Source of the DNA: Eledone cirrhosa
Taxonomy: Eukaryota
Assembly (NCBI GenBank): GCA_964016885.1
Contig: OZ024742.1
Span: 262,942,001 to 263,006,000 of the forward strand
Direction of reading: 5' to 3'
Length of the DNA: 64,000 bases
Made by a program: the position numbers and the translations under genes. Shown here in pieces: positions 11,042 through 22,142 of this stretch (its first letter is position 1; each line of letters opens with the position of its first letter). The notes under the pieces are model-generated. The model was not told the origin of the DNA. It ran no database searches and was given only the letters and a program-made list of their open reading frames with translations.

Positions 11042-14000
11042 GTGCGTGTATTTCTTATTGGCAACATGACCCTCCCAAAGTATAACAATATCGGTTTCAA
11101 CACACGATTTCAGATAAAGAATCTTGCTAAACAAATTCAGAAACGAAATATCGTAAGCCTTAGCCAGGCTAACAAGATACTGAAAACCACCATGTTCTGT
11201 TGTCTACGAAAAACCATAACATCTCGACAACTACACTTCATAAAACTGTGCACCACTTCTAGAATCTACACCAACACCATCAATACCGACGTTAGAAGAT
11301 TACAACTCACCAAAAAACAAGCAGATAGGCTAAAACGAACTTTAATTCTAAACATAAAAAAGAAGATCTATAGAGAATTAAGTCATCAAGAAAAACTAAA
11401 GCGTAACCTAATAGATGAAATATCTAAAATCACCACACCAGCAGAAAAACTAACATTTATAAGCCTTATACGCCCCGAAGAACAGTACATTACTCAAGAA
11501 TGTAATAAGCACTTTAACAGAAAATTAAAGTGGCTTAAACAGGCAAAGCTAAATCGGGATACTATAGAGTATACCAATAGATATCCCGACAAAATTGACG
11601 GTATCAACATGGCCGACACCTCATTATCTGAAGAGTTCAACAATAAAAATACCAACATTTATGGAAACACGAAAATAGATAATAATGAAATGTCTGTGTT
11701 ACGTCTGCCACCCAAATTTGCGACATTCAAGAAGGTAAATATGATTAGTTGTCTGTCAGAAATAGAAAAATCATTTACGAAACTACGCTGGAGCATCAAA
11801 AACAAAAACAAAAGCAACAATATACGCACACACATATACAACACACATCCCAACAACAACAGACACACAGACACAAACAACAATAACAACAACAATAGCA
11901 ACATACCCAGATACAATACCAACAATAGCAACATACCCAGATACAACAGACACGCAGACACAAACAACAATAACAACACACACGGAGACAACAATAACAA
12001 CAACACACACATCAACAACAACAACAACAGCAACATACCCAGATACAACAACAACAGACAAGCAAACACAAACAACAATAACAACACACACAACAACGAT
12101 AACACACACACACACGGAGACAACAACACACATCAACAACAACACACATCAACAACAACAACACACACACATTCAATGCCTCTCACCACCACTACAATCT
12201 TAACAAACACACAGACACAGAAAACAAGTAATGACAGTAGCACAGAAATCAGAGAAATAAGAGAAAGTAATAGGATTAAAAGGAGTAGGGAGACTAAGGA
12301 CAAAGAGAATAACCAAGACGAACACACAGACACACAAAATAGGGTAGATAACAACATTGAGCCAGTGGAAAGAGACAGGAGTAATTATGAGAGACATAGA
12401 AACAACCATGAAGCTGAGGCTGCTGCTGTTGGTGGAAATAGAAACAACACAACTAACAATAGCGCAAGTACACATAAAGCAGCAGCCTGGAACTCTCCGT
12501 TTTATAATCCCTCCGATAAATCATTCGACCTACGACGAGTCCACGCCACGACTTTGCCATTTAACAAACGCACGCAGTTGCCGTCGCAGGTCGATGAACA
12601 AACAGAAGCACAATTTAGTATAGCTAAATCCGAACTTAGAAATATTATAGAACAGTATAGCAAGAAGCATAATAGAATAGAGGCCCAGCAACTGGGAGAA
12701 GAATCTGCAAATGGCTTGCGTAAGCTCATGCAGCGCTCGCGTAATGGAGAGATAGCATGCTTTCCAACAGACAAGTCTGGCAGAATGTCGGTTGACAGCC
12801 TGCCAAACTACATCCAGGCAATGCAACCCCACATCACTAACACAAGAGAGGTAACACCACAGGAGCATGAGGACAGAGAAAAAACCCTCAATGCCCATAT
12901 GGTGATGTGGACAAATATAATGCAGCCCAACAAAAGGACTGCCAACAACTTCCAGGCCTGGAACAATGACGTGCCGGCGTTGTATGGGCTTCGAAAGGAC
13001 CATAAAACGGGCTGGGACCCTGTCGCGGGACCACCAACACGGCCAGTCTGTGGGGCTAACATTGCTAGTAACTACAGACTGTCCTACTTCCTCTCCCTGA
13101 TCATACGCCCCATCATTGAGATGTCCCCAGATGTGTGTGACAGCACGGAGGACCTCCTCAGCAGAATCGACGCGGGTAACCGATCTGGGGACCTAACAAA
13201 CTGCATAATAGGCAGTATGGATGTTGTGTCCCTGTATCCATCTATTGATGTGGATTTTGCTGTGGAGAAATGCGTCGAAATGATCAGCGAGAGCAAGGTT
13301 GAGTTCCGTGGGACTGATACCAGTGAGCTGGGACTTCTACTTAAGCTTACCCATAGTAATAGTTACCTAGACACTTATGACCTTAGCAACCTGTGCCCTA
13401 CAAGACCAGCAAGAGGCAGACCACCTACCATTACCTCAATGGCCAAGAAAACCCACACAGATAGATGGAACGGGTGGACCAGAGCCATACGGACACCCGA
13501 AAACCACGATGAACTGAAGAAAATGATTGCACATGCGGTAGGGGCCAGCATAAAATTAACCCTTAAGGAACATATGTTCAAATTTAATGGTAAAACATAT
13601 GCCCAAGAGGAAGGAGCAGCCATTGGTGTTAGCATTGCAGGCGACATAGCTAACTTGTTCATGGTATGGTGGGACAGTAGACTTAAACAAAAACTTAAAG
13701 AACAATTAGAAGACAGATTAACCCTGATAATGTACTCCCGCTACGTAGATGATATAAACATCGTAGTTAAGACACCCCCACTAAAGAACAGTCAGGAACC
13801 TGAGAAAAACACAATGGAAAGCATCCAGCAAATAGCAAACTCCATCCACCAGAGCATTAGAGTTACTATAGACTACCCAAGTAGACACCCCAACCATCGA
13901 TTACCTGTACTAGACACAGAGCTCTGGTTAGATACTATTAACAACCAAAAACAAATCCTCCATTCCCATTATGCCAAACCCATGACTTCCAAACATCTGA

Positions 14001-14872
14001 TCCACCGAAACTCGGCCATTTCGGACCATACCAAAATCAACATACTGATTGCGGATTTGGTACGGGTGATGAGAAATGTGTCCCGCATGTGCAACCCCAA
14101 AGAACTAGAGAGACACATACAACACTTCATCCACCGTATGCAGTTCTCTGGCTACAATCAGAGAGATAGAATCAGAGTGTATAAAGGAGCCAGAACCAAA
14201 TGGGAAAAAATGGTAAATAATGACATAAATGGGACCTGCCCCTTGTATAGGAGCAAATTTTGGAATAGAATAGAAAGAACTAAGAACAAGGCCAATAGAA
14301 TAAACTCATGGTATGATAGCAATAAATACCAGAGTGTAATGTTCATCAATACAACCCCTAGAGGTGAACTAGCCTACAAATTTAGAAGGGCCCTAAAGAA
14401 ACATAATCTCAATATTAAGATAGTAGAAAGACCTGGTACCTCCGTAAAAACACTTATTAGCAAGACATACCCGTTCCAAAGACCCTCATGTATAGATAAG
14501 AAATGTATAACCTGTAAAATAAGCCCCCATATTAACTGTAAAACTAGAAATGTAGTATATAGCATAAGATGTACTGAGGGACAATGTAGAAACAAAAATA
14601 TAGTGTACATAGGTGAGACAGCTCGTAGTATAGGGGAACGAATAAATGAACACTGGCGAGACCTCCAAGATAGTAAAGAATCATCTGTGCTCTACCAACA
14701 TGCTAAGATAGAACACAGGGGTAAATTAGAGAGCATAGAAATAAAAATAGAATCCACACACAAGAAAGACGCAATGTTTAGGCAAATTACAGAGGCAGTA
14801 AGCATAAAAGAATTAAAACCAAAATTAAATAGAAAATATGAGTGGAACAGCAACATCACAACTTACAATTAA
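11042..14872 (+). CDS. PLE ORF: reverse transcriptase plus C-terminal GIY-YIG endonuclease (first ATG at 11066)
   Basis: 1276-codon open frame; DKSG, MDVVSLYPSI, QEEGAAIG, RYVDD; Cys-rich linker; VVY...YIGETAR; Asn/Thr-rich low-complexity insert at about 11800-12480. Confidence 0.93.
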   Translation: MRVFLIGNMTLPKYNNIGFNTRFQIKNLAKQIQKRNIVSLSQANKILKTTMFCCLRKTITSRQLHFIKLCTTSRIYTNTINTDVRRLQLTKKQADRLKRTLILNIKKKIYRELSHQEKLKRNLIDEISKITTPAEKLTFISLIRPEEQYITQECNKHFNRKLKWLKQAKLNRDTIEYTNRYPDKIDGINMADTSLSEEFNNKNTNIYGNTKIDNNEMSVLRLPPKFATFKKVNMISCLSEIEKSFTKLRWSIKNKNKSNNIRTHIYNTHPNNNRHTDTNNNNNNNSNIPRYNTNNSNIPRYNRHADTNNNNNTHGDNNNNNTHINNNNNSNIPRYNNNRQANTNNNNNTHNNDNTHTHGDNNTHQQQHTSTTTTHTHSMPLTTTTILTNTQTQKTSNDSSTEIREIRESNRIKRSRETKDKENNQDEHTDTQNRVDNNIEPVERDRSNYERHRNNHEAEAAAVGGNRNNTTNNSASTHKAAAWNSPFYNPSDKSFDLRRVHATTLPFNKRTQLPSQVDEQTEAQFSIAKSELRNIIEQYSKKHNRIEAQQLGEESANGLRKLMQRSRNGEIACFPTDKSGRMSVDSLPNYIQAMQPHITNTREVTPQEHEDREKTLNAHMVMWTNIMQPNKRTANNFQAWNNDVPALYGLRKDHKTGWDPVAGPPTRPVCGANIASNYRLSYFLSLIIRPIIEMSPDVCDSTEDLLSRIDAGNRSGDLTNCIIGSMDVVSLYPSIDVDFAVEKCVEMISESKVEFRGTDTSELGLLLKLTHSNSYLDTYDLSNLCPTRPARGRPPTITSMAKKTHTDRWNGWTRAIRTPENHDELKKMIAHAVGASIKLTLKEHMFKFNGKTYAQEEGAAIGVSIAGDIANLFMVWWDSRLKQKLKEQLEDRLTLIMYSRYVDDINIVVKTPPLKNSQEPEKNTMESIQQIANSIHQSIRVTIDYPSRHPNHRLPVLDTELWLDTINNQKQILHSHYAKPMTSKHLIHRNSAISDHTKINILIADLVRVMRNVSRMCNPKELERHIQHFIHRMQFSGYNQRDRIRVYKGARTKWEKMVNNDINGTCPLYRSKFWNRIERTKNKANRINSWYDSNKYQSVMFINTTPRGELAYKFRRALKKHNLNIKIVERPGTSVKTLISKTYPFQRPSCIDKKCITCKISPHINCKTRNVVYSIRCTEGQCRNKNIVYIGETARSIGERINEHWRDLQDSKESSVLYQHAKIEHRGKLESIEIKIESTHKKDAMFRQITEAVSIKELKPKLNRKYEWNSNITTYN

Positions 14873-15168
14873 GGACAAAATGAAAACACACACACACATA
14901 TATAAACAACTTACAATTGAAAACACACACAAAATGAAAACACACACAAGACAAAATGAAAACACACACACACATAGAACAAACAACCAACCAACAATAA
15001 ATAAATAAATAAACAAACAAATATAAATAGAAAAATAGAAAAATGAACACAAACACACACAGACACCCGGATGTGGCGCATGCGCAAACTGAGCACGCAA
15101 CCCACACACAAACAAAATGGCGTAGGATAGAAGAAAGGAAAGGCACAGAAACGAAGAAAGAAATCCCC

Positions 15169-15213
15169 AGTCACTGAAGAGGTCACAGAGTGTGTGACGA
15201 AAGAACTATGACT
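15169..15213 (+). ncRNA. Type I hammerhead motif in the second pseudo-LTR
   Basis: Identical to 10888-10932. Confidence 0.8.
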
Positions 15214-15368
15214 ATATATATATAAACAACTATCTGGTTGTGGAACCAACCAACCAACCAGAAATTTATAAATTTGTAAATTTATAAATATATATTAAAT
15301 TAAATTGAAGTGAAAGCAACTGGTGCGTGTATTTCTTATTGGCAACATGACCCTCCCAAAGTATAACA

Positions 15369-15432
<64 letters not shown>

Positions 15433-15681
15433 ATATGTGTGTATATACATATATACATATACAAGTATATGTATGTATGTATACGTACATACATATATGT
15501 ATAAGGACGTACAGTAGTATATATATATACATACATGCACACATATATATGCACGTATCGGTTTACCAAACATTTATTATAATGCTCGGTTTGTTTTGTT
15601 TGTAAACAAACAAACAGCCCGAATTACGTTGTACAGTGTTTAGGCAACCACGTCACCTTTTTGTTCAACACTGACACAGGA

Positions 15682-15724
15682 ACGATGTAATAGTTTCAAA
15701 CGTATTAACTATCGTCAGCATCGT
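15682..15724 (-). ncRNA. Hammerhead motif with decayed stem II
   Basis: ACGAUG-CUGACGA-UAGUUAAUACGUUU-GAAA-CUAU-UA|CAUCGU. Confidence 0.65.
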
Positions 15725-16127
15725 ATACCTTCCTGCCAGATGGTTGAACGTCTGAAAGTATATACTTTCCTGATGCATATTAACGGCTGAGCAGCCTAAT
15801 TTGCATATCGAGTGAGTTCAGTCGGCCGGGCGCACCGAAAACGATAAATGGAATAGAATGAAACGAAATTTCATTTCTCACTCTTAGTATGGCACTTACT
15901 TAAATGTAAGTATGTATGTATGTATAGGTACATACATATATGTATACAGACGTACAGTAGTATGTATATATATACATACATGCACATATATAGATATGCA
16001 CGTATCGGTTTACCAAACATTTATTATAATGCTCGGTTTGTTTGTTTGTAAACAAACAAACAGCCCGAATTACGTCGTACAGTGTTTAGGCAACCACGTC
16101 ACCTTTTTGTTCAACACTGACACAGGA

Positions 16128-16170
16128 ACGATGTAATAGTTTCAAGCTTATTAGCTATCGTCAGCATCGT
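16128..16170 (-). ncRNA. Hammerhead motif
   Basis: ACGAUG-CUGACGA-U-AGCU(AAUA)AGCU-U-GAAA-CUAU-UA|CAUCGU. Confidence 0.75.
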
Positions 16171-16502
16171 ATACCTTCCTGCCAGATGGTTGAACGTCTG
16201 AAAGTATATACTTTCCTTATGCATATTAATGGCTGAGCAGCCTAATTTGCATATTGAGTGAGTTCAGTCGGCCAGGCACACCGAAAACGATAAATGGAAT
16301 AAATGTTCGGTAAACCGACAGGTGCATATATATATGTGTACATGTATGTATATATATATACATACTACTGTACGTCTGTATACATATATGTATGTACATA
16401 AACATACATACATACTTACATTTAAGTAAGTGCCGTACTAAGAGTGAATAATGAAATTTTGTTTCATTCTACTCCATTTATATATATATACATATATATA
16501 TA

Positions 16503-19314
16503 TTTATTAAAATAACAGATTAAAGTTTAAGCAAAGAATCGCTGCTTTCACCCTTAACGGGATCTTCTGAAACTAACAAAGTCAATCTGTAAACGTAGAA
16601 CTGGATATTTCAAAAACGTTGCAACCGGAGGAAGACAGGAAGACGATACTTTGGTTCATGGTGACGTTCGCTGGCAAAGAACGGGAAAAAACGAATAATA
16701 CGTCATTAATAGGAGCGGTGAAAAACAATTACGCGCAAAGACAAAACCACGTTTATGGTATAAAAGAGGTCGTAGACTAATGTTCTCTTAGGTGGTGCAT
16801 AGAGACATTCTCTGGCAATGAACGAAAAAATGAAGATAATAAGTCATATGTGGAGCGTGGAGAACAAAAGCACGCAAAGACAAAACCACGTAAATGGTAT
16901 AGCAGAAGTCGTAGACTAAGATTCTAACTAGGAGCCCAAATGAATCTCCGCTACAGAGTTAAGAACAAAGTAAATAAATACAATACAGAAGTAATAGAAA
17001 CAAATAAATACATACATGCAAACAGATACGTACATACACAAGCATACGCAAAACCTTACCATAGGTATACAAAACCACGCGCATATAAATATGTGTGTGT
17101 GTATGCTTGTGTACAAATAAATAAATAATTATATAAACGTATATAAGTAAATAAATACGTATATAACAAGCGCACACACATACCTACATATAAATACACG
17201 AATGTTCGGAGACGTAAGTCAACTAAAACAAGAAGTACACATATACACACACCCACCATACGTACGAACCTGCATACTCACTCGGACGCAAAACTCCCGT
17301 ATACACATAGCCAAACCCTAAATACCAGAATATGTAAAAATGATATGCCATAACAGTCAAATATACGTACGAGAAGGTATACATACCTTCACAAAACATA
17401 TGGGTAATATATACTTACCTATGCAAATAAGTAAAGGAATAAACAAAACATATACTTAGCTCCCACATCAAGACATAAAATATCCACGTATAGATCGTGC
17501 TATCCTTTAGGGTATAATGTGGGGCTGTAATACAGGAAAGTTTTGTGCAATTTATGTTTACAATCCGAAATTGCCTCAGATTTTTTGTTTAAGATGTGGT
17601 CTGTGGCGTAGAGTATTTCCAGGGCCTCAGCGGCGCAGAGGTCACATGGTCTTTTATTTCCGTTATACGATCTAGCCCTAGCTAGGATCTCCCAGTGTAA
17701 CTTATATTGGGTGTGGTTGTCTTTTAGACTCCAGATATAAGCTGAAAGTGACGTCATATTCCTTCTTAGAGGGTAACGAAAAGAATGGGTATGCATGTAA
17801 AGACGCTGCTTGAAACTATTGGCGGTTAACCTTATGTAGGCCCTACGGGACATGGGTGTTACAACCTTACATTTGTAGACAATGTTACTAGAGAGGCATT
17901 TCCCGGATAGGGGGCAATCAGCCCGATTCCTACAATTACAGTTAGTACTAACTACAGGGTTGCACGTGTTCCTACGGCTAGGTAGTTTAGCTAAATTTGA
18001 AGCTGTGATGTTATGTGAAAGGTTAGGAGTCGTAGAGTAAGAAATTTTAATAGTATTTCTATTAAAAATTTTACTATATTTATGTGCAGGGGGAAAATGC
18101 TTCGTAATAAGGGAAAGAAAGATCTTAGCTAATGGTGTGGCCACCTCCATATTATATGGTGGGTTAAACCAACAAATGCGACGGGATCTATTTCTTCTAG
18201 GTCTATTTTCATACTCTGTATATGCTACCTTATCGACAAATCCACTTCGAGCAAGAGCTTCATTGTAATAAGTGGAATGGTCGTTGAAAATGCGCTCGTT
18301 GGTGGAAAGACGGGAAAGCCTCAACGAAACGTTTCTAACCAGGTTCTTGGTTATGCTGGCAGGATGGTTGGAATGCTTACTTATGTAATTAAGCGTATCA
18401 TTCGGCTTTCTATACGGGTAATACAACCCATTCAATAAATTGAGGGTAACGTCGAGGTAATTAACGACCGAGAGATTGGCCTCAACCTGTATAGAGAGGT
18501 TGAAGCCTTTAAAGAAGGCTGTGAGTTCTTTTCTGAACCTGTCGCAAGGACAAGGTCCGCACTTAGTCATGGTCAAAAGACCATCGTCACGGTACAAACC
18601 ACCGCCCGCGTTGGGGAATTCGTCCTTGATAGAGAAAAGAAGGAAAAGGCCAATAAGATCAGTAACCTCCGCAGAGTCACTGGCGCCCATACTCACGTCG
18701 AATGGGGTACTATTGGATTTTTTAATCCAAATAGAGTCGTCGAAATTAATCACCGACTTTCGGGCATTAAGGATGACATCAACTTCAAAATCCTTAACCA
18801 CTGTGAGTGTTTTAGCGAAATTGATAGCTCTAAGGAGAAGTGGTAAAGTGATGGAGGAGTAGTAATTGTTGATGTCGAATTGGATAAAACGGCAATGTTC
18901 CTTGTTACATATGCCATTGAACCAATCAATCACCGCGAAAGAATTGTTCCACAGTGCAAGAGGGGCCAAACTTCTAATTTCAGGTATAATTCTATCAAGA
19001 ATCGTTTTACTAAGTCTACCTAAATCGGACTTCGTAGGGTTAATAAGCTGAATAGAGGGGTTGTTCGGAAAATTGGATTTGTGATCCTTCAGGGTAAAGT
19101 GGGGAGAGATCGGGTCCAGAGGTTCGGTCCGGTCCAGGATGTTGAGATCAGATGTGATTTTAAACCCAGCATCGTTGATTTCATTGATGACGCACCGATT
19201 AGTTTTACGGTAATCCTTAGTTACAGCATTATGTAGCAGTTGATGGTAGGTACTGCGCTCCACTTGATATAGATTGCCAGTTTTGTCGGAATGGACGTGC
19301 ACGGCGTTAGAATC
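16503..19314 (-). mobile_element. 5'-truncated Naiad-type Penelope-like element with a 3' UTR of about 1 kb
   Basis: Contains the 17500-19302 ORF; tandem repeat of about 120 bp at 16660-16920; (TA)n on both sides. Confidence 0.85.
17500..19302 (-). CDS. Naiad-type PLE RT plus GIY-YIG endonuclease, N-terminally truncated; YIG motif reads YIR
   Basis: [77 protein letters not shown]. Confidence 0.87.
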   Translation of the reverse strand: MHVHSDKTGNLYQVERSTYHQLLHNAVTKDYRKTNRCVINEINDAGFKITSDLNILDRTEPLDPISPHFTLKDHKSNFPNNPSIQLINPTKSDLGRLSKTILDRIIPEIRSLAPLALWNNSFAVIDWFNGICNKEHCRFIQFDINNYYSSITLPLLLRAINFAKTLTVVKDFEVDVILNARKSVINFDDSIWIKKSNSTPFDVSMGASDSAEVTDLIGLFLLFSIKDEFPNAGGGLYRDDGLLTMTKCGPCPCDRFRKELTAFFKGFNLSIQVEANLSVVNYLDVTLNLLNGLYYPYRKPNDTLNYISKHSNHPASITKNLVRNVSLRLSRLSTNERIFNDHSTYYNEALARSGFVDKVAYTEYENRPRRNRSRRICWFNPPYNMEVATPLAKIFLSLITKHFPPAHKYSKIFNRNTIKISYSTTPNLSHNITASNLAKLPSRRNTCNPVVSTNCNCRNRADCPLSGKCLSSNIVYKCKVVTPMSRRAYIRLTANSFKQRLYMHTHSFRYPLRRNMTSLSAYIWSLKDNHTQYKLHWEILARARSYNGNKRPCDLCAAEALEILYATDHILNKKSEAISDCKHKLHKTFLYYSPTLYPKG

Positions 19315-19315
19315 C

Positions 19316-20317
<1,002 letters not shown>

Positions 20318-20376
20318 CACCCTTGCAAGCAGGGAAAAGCGGACGTAAAATGATGATGATGATGATATATATATAT

Positions 20377-20510
20377 ATAAAGAAAAAAGATGAATTCGAA
20401 AATGCAACTGGAGTCTTATTTTTTTTTAAATATATATATTTATTTAATATATATATATTTTTTTAAATAAGACTCCAGTTGTATTTTCGATTTCATCTTT
20501 TTTTCTTTAT
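20377..20510. repeat. Imperfect palindrome of about 134 bp
   Basis: ATAAAGAAAAAAGATGAA..AACTGGAGTCTTATTT mirrored by AAATAAGACTCCAGTT..TTCATCTTTTTTTCTTTAT. Confidence 0.85.
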
Positions 20511-20606
20511 ACTTACACTCATGTAGGAGACCTTGGTTATTTTTCATATAGAAAAAAAACCCTCACTTTCTAATATTTATATATATATATATATACATAT
20601 ATATAT

Positions 20607-21302
20607 TACGTGAACGGCAAAGCATAAACGAACTTAGGAAAAAATTAGAAATAAGAGGGATCAGATGTTGTTTACTCGAGAGAAGGCTACGTTGGTATGG
20701 TCACGTGATGCGCATGAAGGACGATAGCTGTATAACAAAGTGCAGGGCAATAAAGATAGACAGTAGCCACGGAATAGGCAGACCCAGAAAAACCTGGGAC
20801 GAGCTGATAAATTCCGACCTCACACACCTATACCTCACCAAGACAATGTGACTGGACCGAGATCTTTGGCGGTACTCAGTAATAGAGAAGACCCGCCTTA
20901 CCTAAATACAAAGTTAAACCTACTACAGTCAGTAGGCATCTCTAACAAAATACACCCCCCCCCCCCCCCCCCCACACACCCCATCCACACCACCCCTTTC
21001 AATGTAAAGTTATGTTGGTGCCACAACATCCAGGCCGAAACAAATGAGATCGTGTAGGTGTCACGTCAAAAAACACACAGTTCACGCTGTAATGTGGCCG
21101 TGTAGGCAACACGGTAAAAACCTCCCAGCCCCACACTGTAAATGTGGTTGGTGTTAGGAAGGGCATTCAGCTGTAGAAAACCCGCCAGACAGTCCTATGC
21201 GAGCAAGATAACCACTCTTGCCTCAAGTGGGAAAACCCTCCGTCCAAACCCATGCAAGCGTGGAACACGGACGTTAAACGATGATGATGATGATGATGAT
21301 GA

Positions 21303-21306
<4 letters not shown>
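20607..21306 (+). mobile_element. RTE family A 3' fragment
   Basis: Matches the family A ORF end and 3' UTR; (GAT)n tail. Confidence 0.88.
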
Positions 21307-21368
<62 letters not shown>

Positions 21369-21399
21369 ATATATATATATGTGTGTGTGTGTGTGTATA

Positions 21400-22137
21400 A
21401 TAGTTAATTATGCTAATTGGGAGAGGAAATGGTATATATTTTATCTTGTGATTCTATAGACATGTTTTATGATATATAGCTCTGATTATTTAATTTATTA
21501 ATTTTTCATTGAGCCACAAAGTGACCCATTGCAAAACACGTATATGTATATATATGTATATATATATGTAAACTTTTATATGTAATAATCTCCTATTAGG
21601 TTGAGATACAAATTTGGCTGTATTGCTTCTGTGCTTTCTAGCAAAAATGCCACCAGTCGTAAGCAACTACCACACCCCTTCCAACCTGACCGCGGCTACG
21701 TCACGATTTTTAGCCATTTTGAATGAATTCTTGGCGTGATCACTTTGGAAAATTTAGTGTCTAGATAAGAGCAAACTTCCTGATGAATCCGGTGCTCGAG
21801 TTTATATAATTATTACATAATTGTTGGAAAACTCAAAATACGGATGAAACCATGGTAGAGGTATTTAAATGTATTCTATTTTCTCCTAGTTTATTTTACA
21901 CCTAATTCTGTTTAATTGACTGTATCTGGGCGATTACGCTGTCGAAATATTCGATAAATATTCCGTTGCGGCCGACGCGAAGGGCTAGTTTCGGGTATTT
22001 GTTGGAGATTTCTTCATAGAAGCCTCATTCTTATAGCCTGGTCTATTCGATTTTTTATATAGTTAATTATGCTAATTGGGAGAGGAAATGGTATATATTT
22101 TATCTTGTGATTCTATAGACATGTTTTATGATATATA
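21400..22137 (+). mobile_element. 659-bp terminally redundant non-coding unit carrying a hammerhead (solo pseudo-LTR or retrozyme)
   Basis: Direct repeat of about 78 bp (21401-21478 and 22060-22137); HHR at 21775-21862; microsatellite flanks. Confidence 0.7.
21775..21862 (+). ncRNA. Type I hammerhead ribozyme with extended stem II
   Basis: ACUUC-CUGAUGA-AUCCG...CGGAU-GAAA-CCAUGG-UA|GAGGU; palindromic stem III ACCAUGGU. Confidence 0.82.
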
Positions 22138-22142
22138 TATAT

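Larger units (their letters stand above)
7676..15372 (+). mobile_element. Penelope-like retroelement: inverted 3' copy (7676-9114), 5'-truncated tandem copy (9114-11041), full unit and tail
   Basis: Direct repeat offset 4281 bp (9114=13395); inverted segment mirrors 9708-11146; (TA)n flanks. Confidence 0.95.
15500..16480 (-). mobile_element. Non-coding HHR-bearing unit of about 446 bp: about 1.8 tandem copies plus an inverted segment (retrozyme-like)
   Basis: GCACGTATCGG at 15551 and 15998; inverted part about 16297-16480; related copies at 45102-45215 and 55215-55582. Confidence 0.75.

Noticed and set aside
16660-16920. Repeat pattern resembling a CRISPR array
   Set aside because: Two diverged tandem units in a eukaryotic retroelement UTR; no unique spacers and no cas genes
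16600-17499. SECIS element in the Naiad 3' UTR
   Set aside because: No in-frame TGA in the ORF and no convincing SECIS fold by eye
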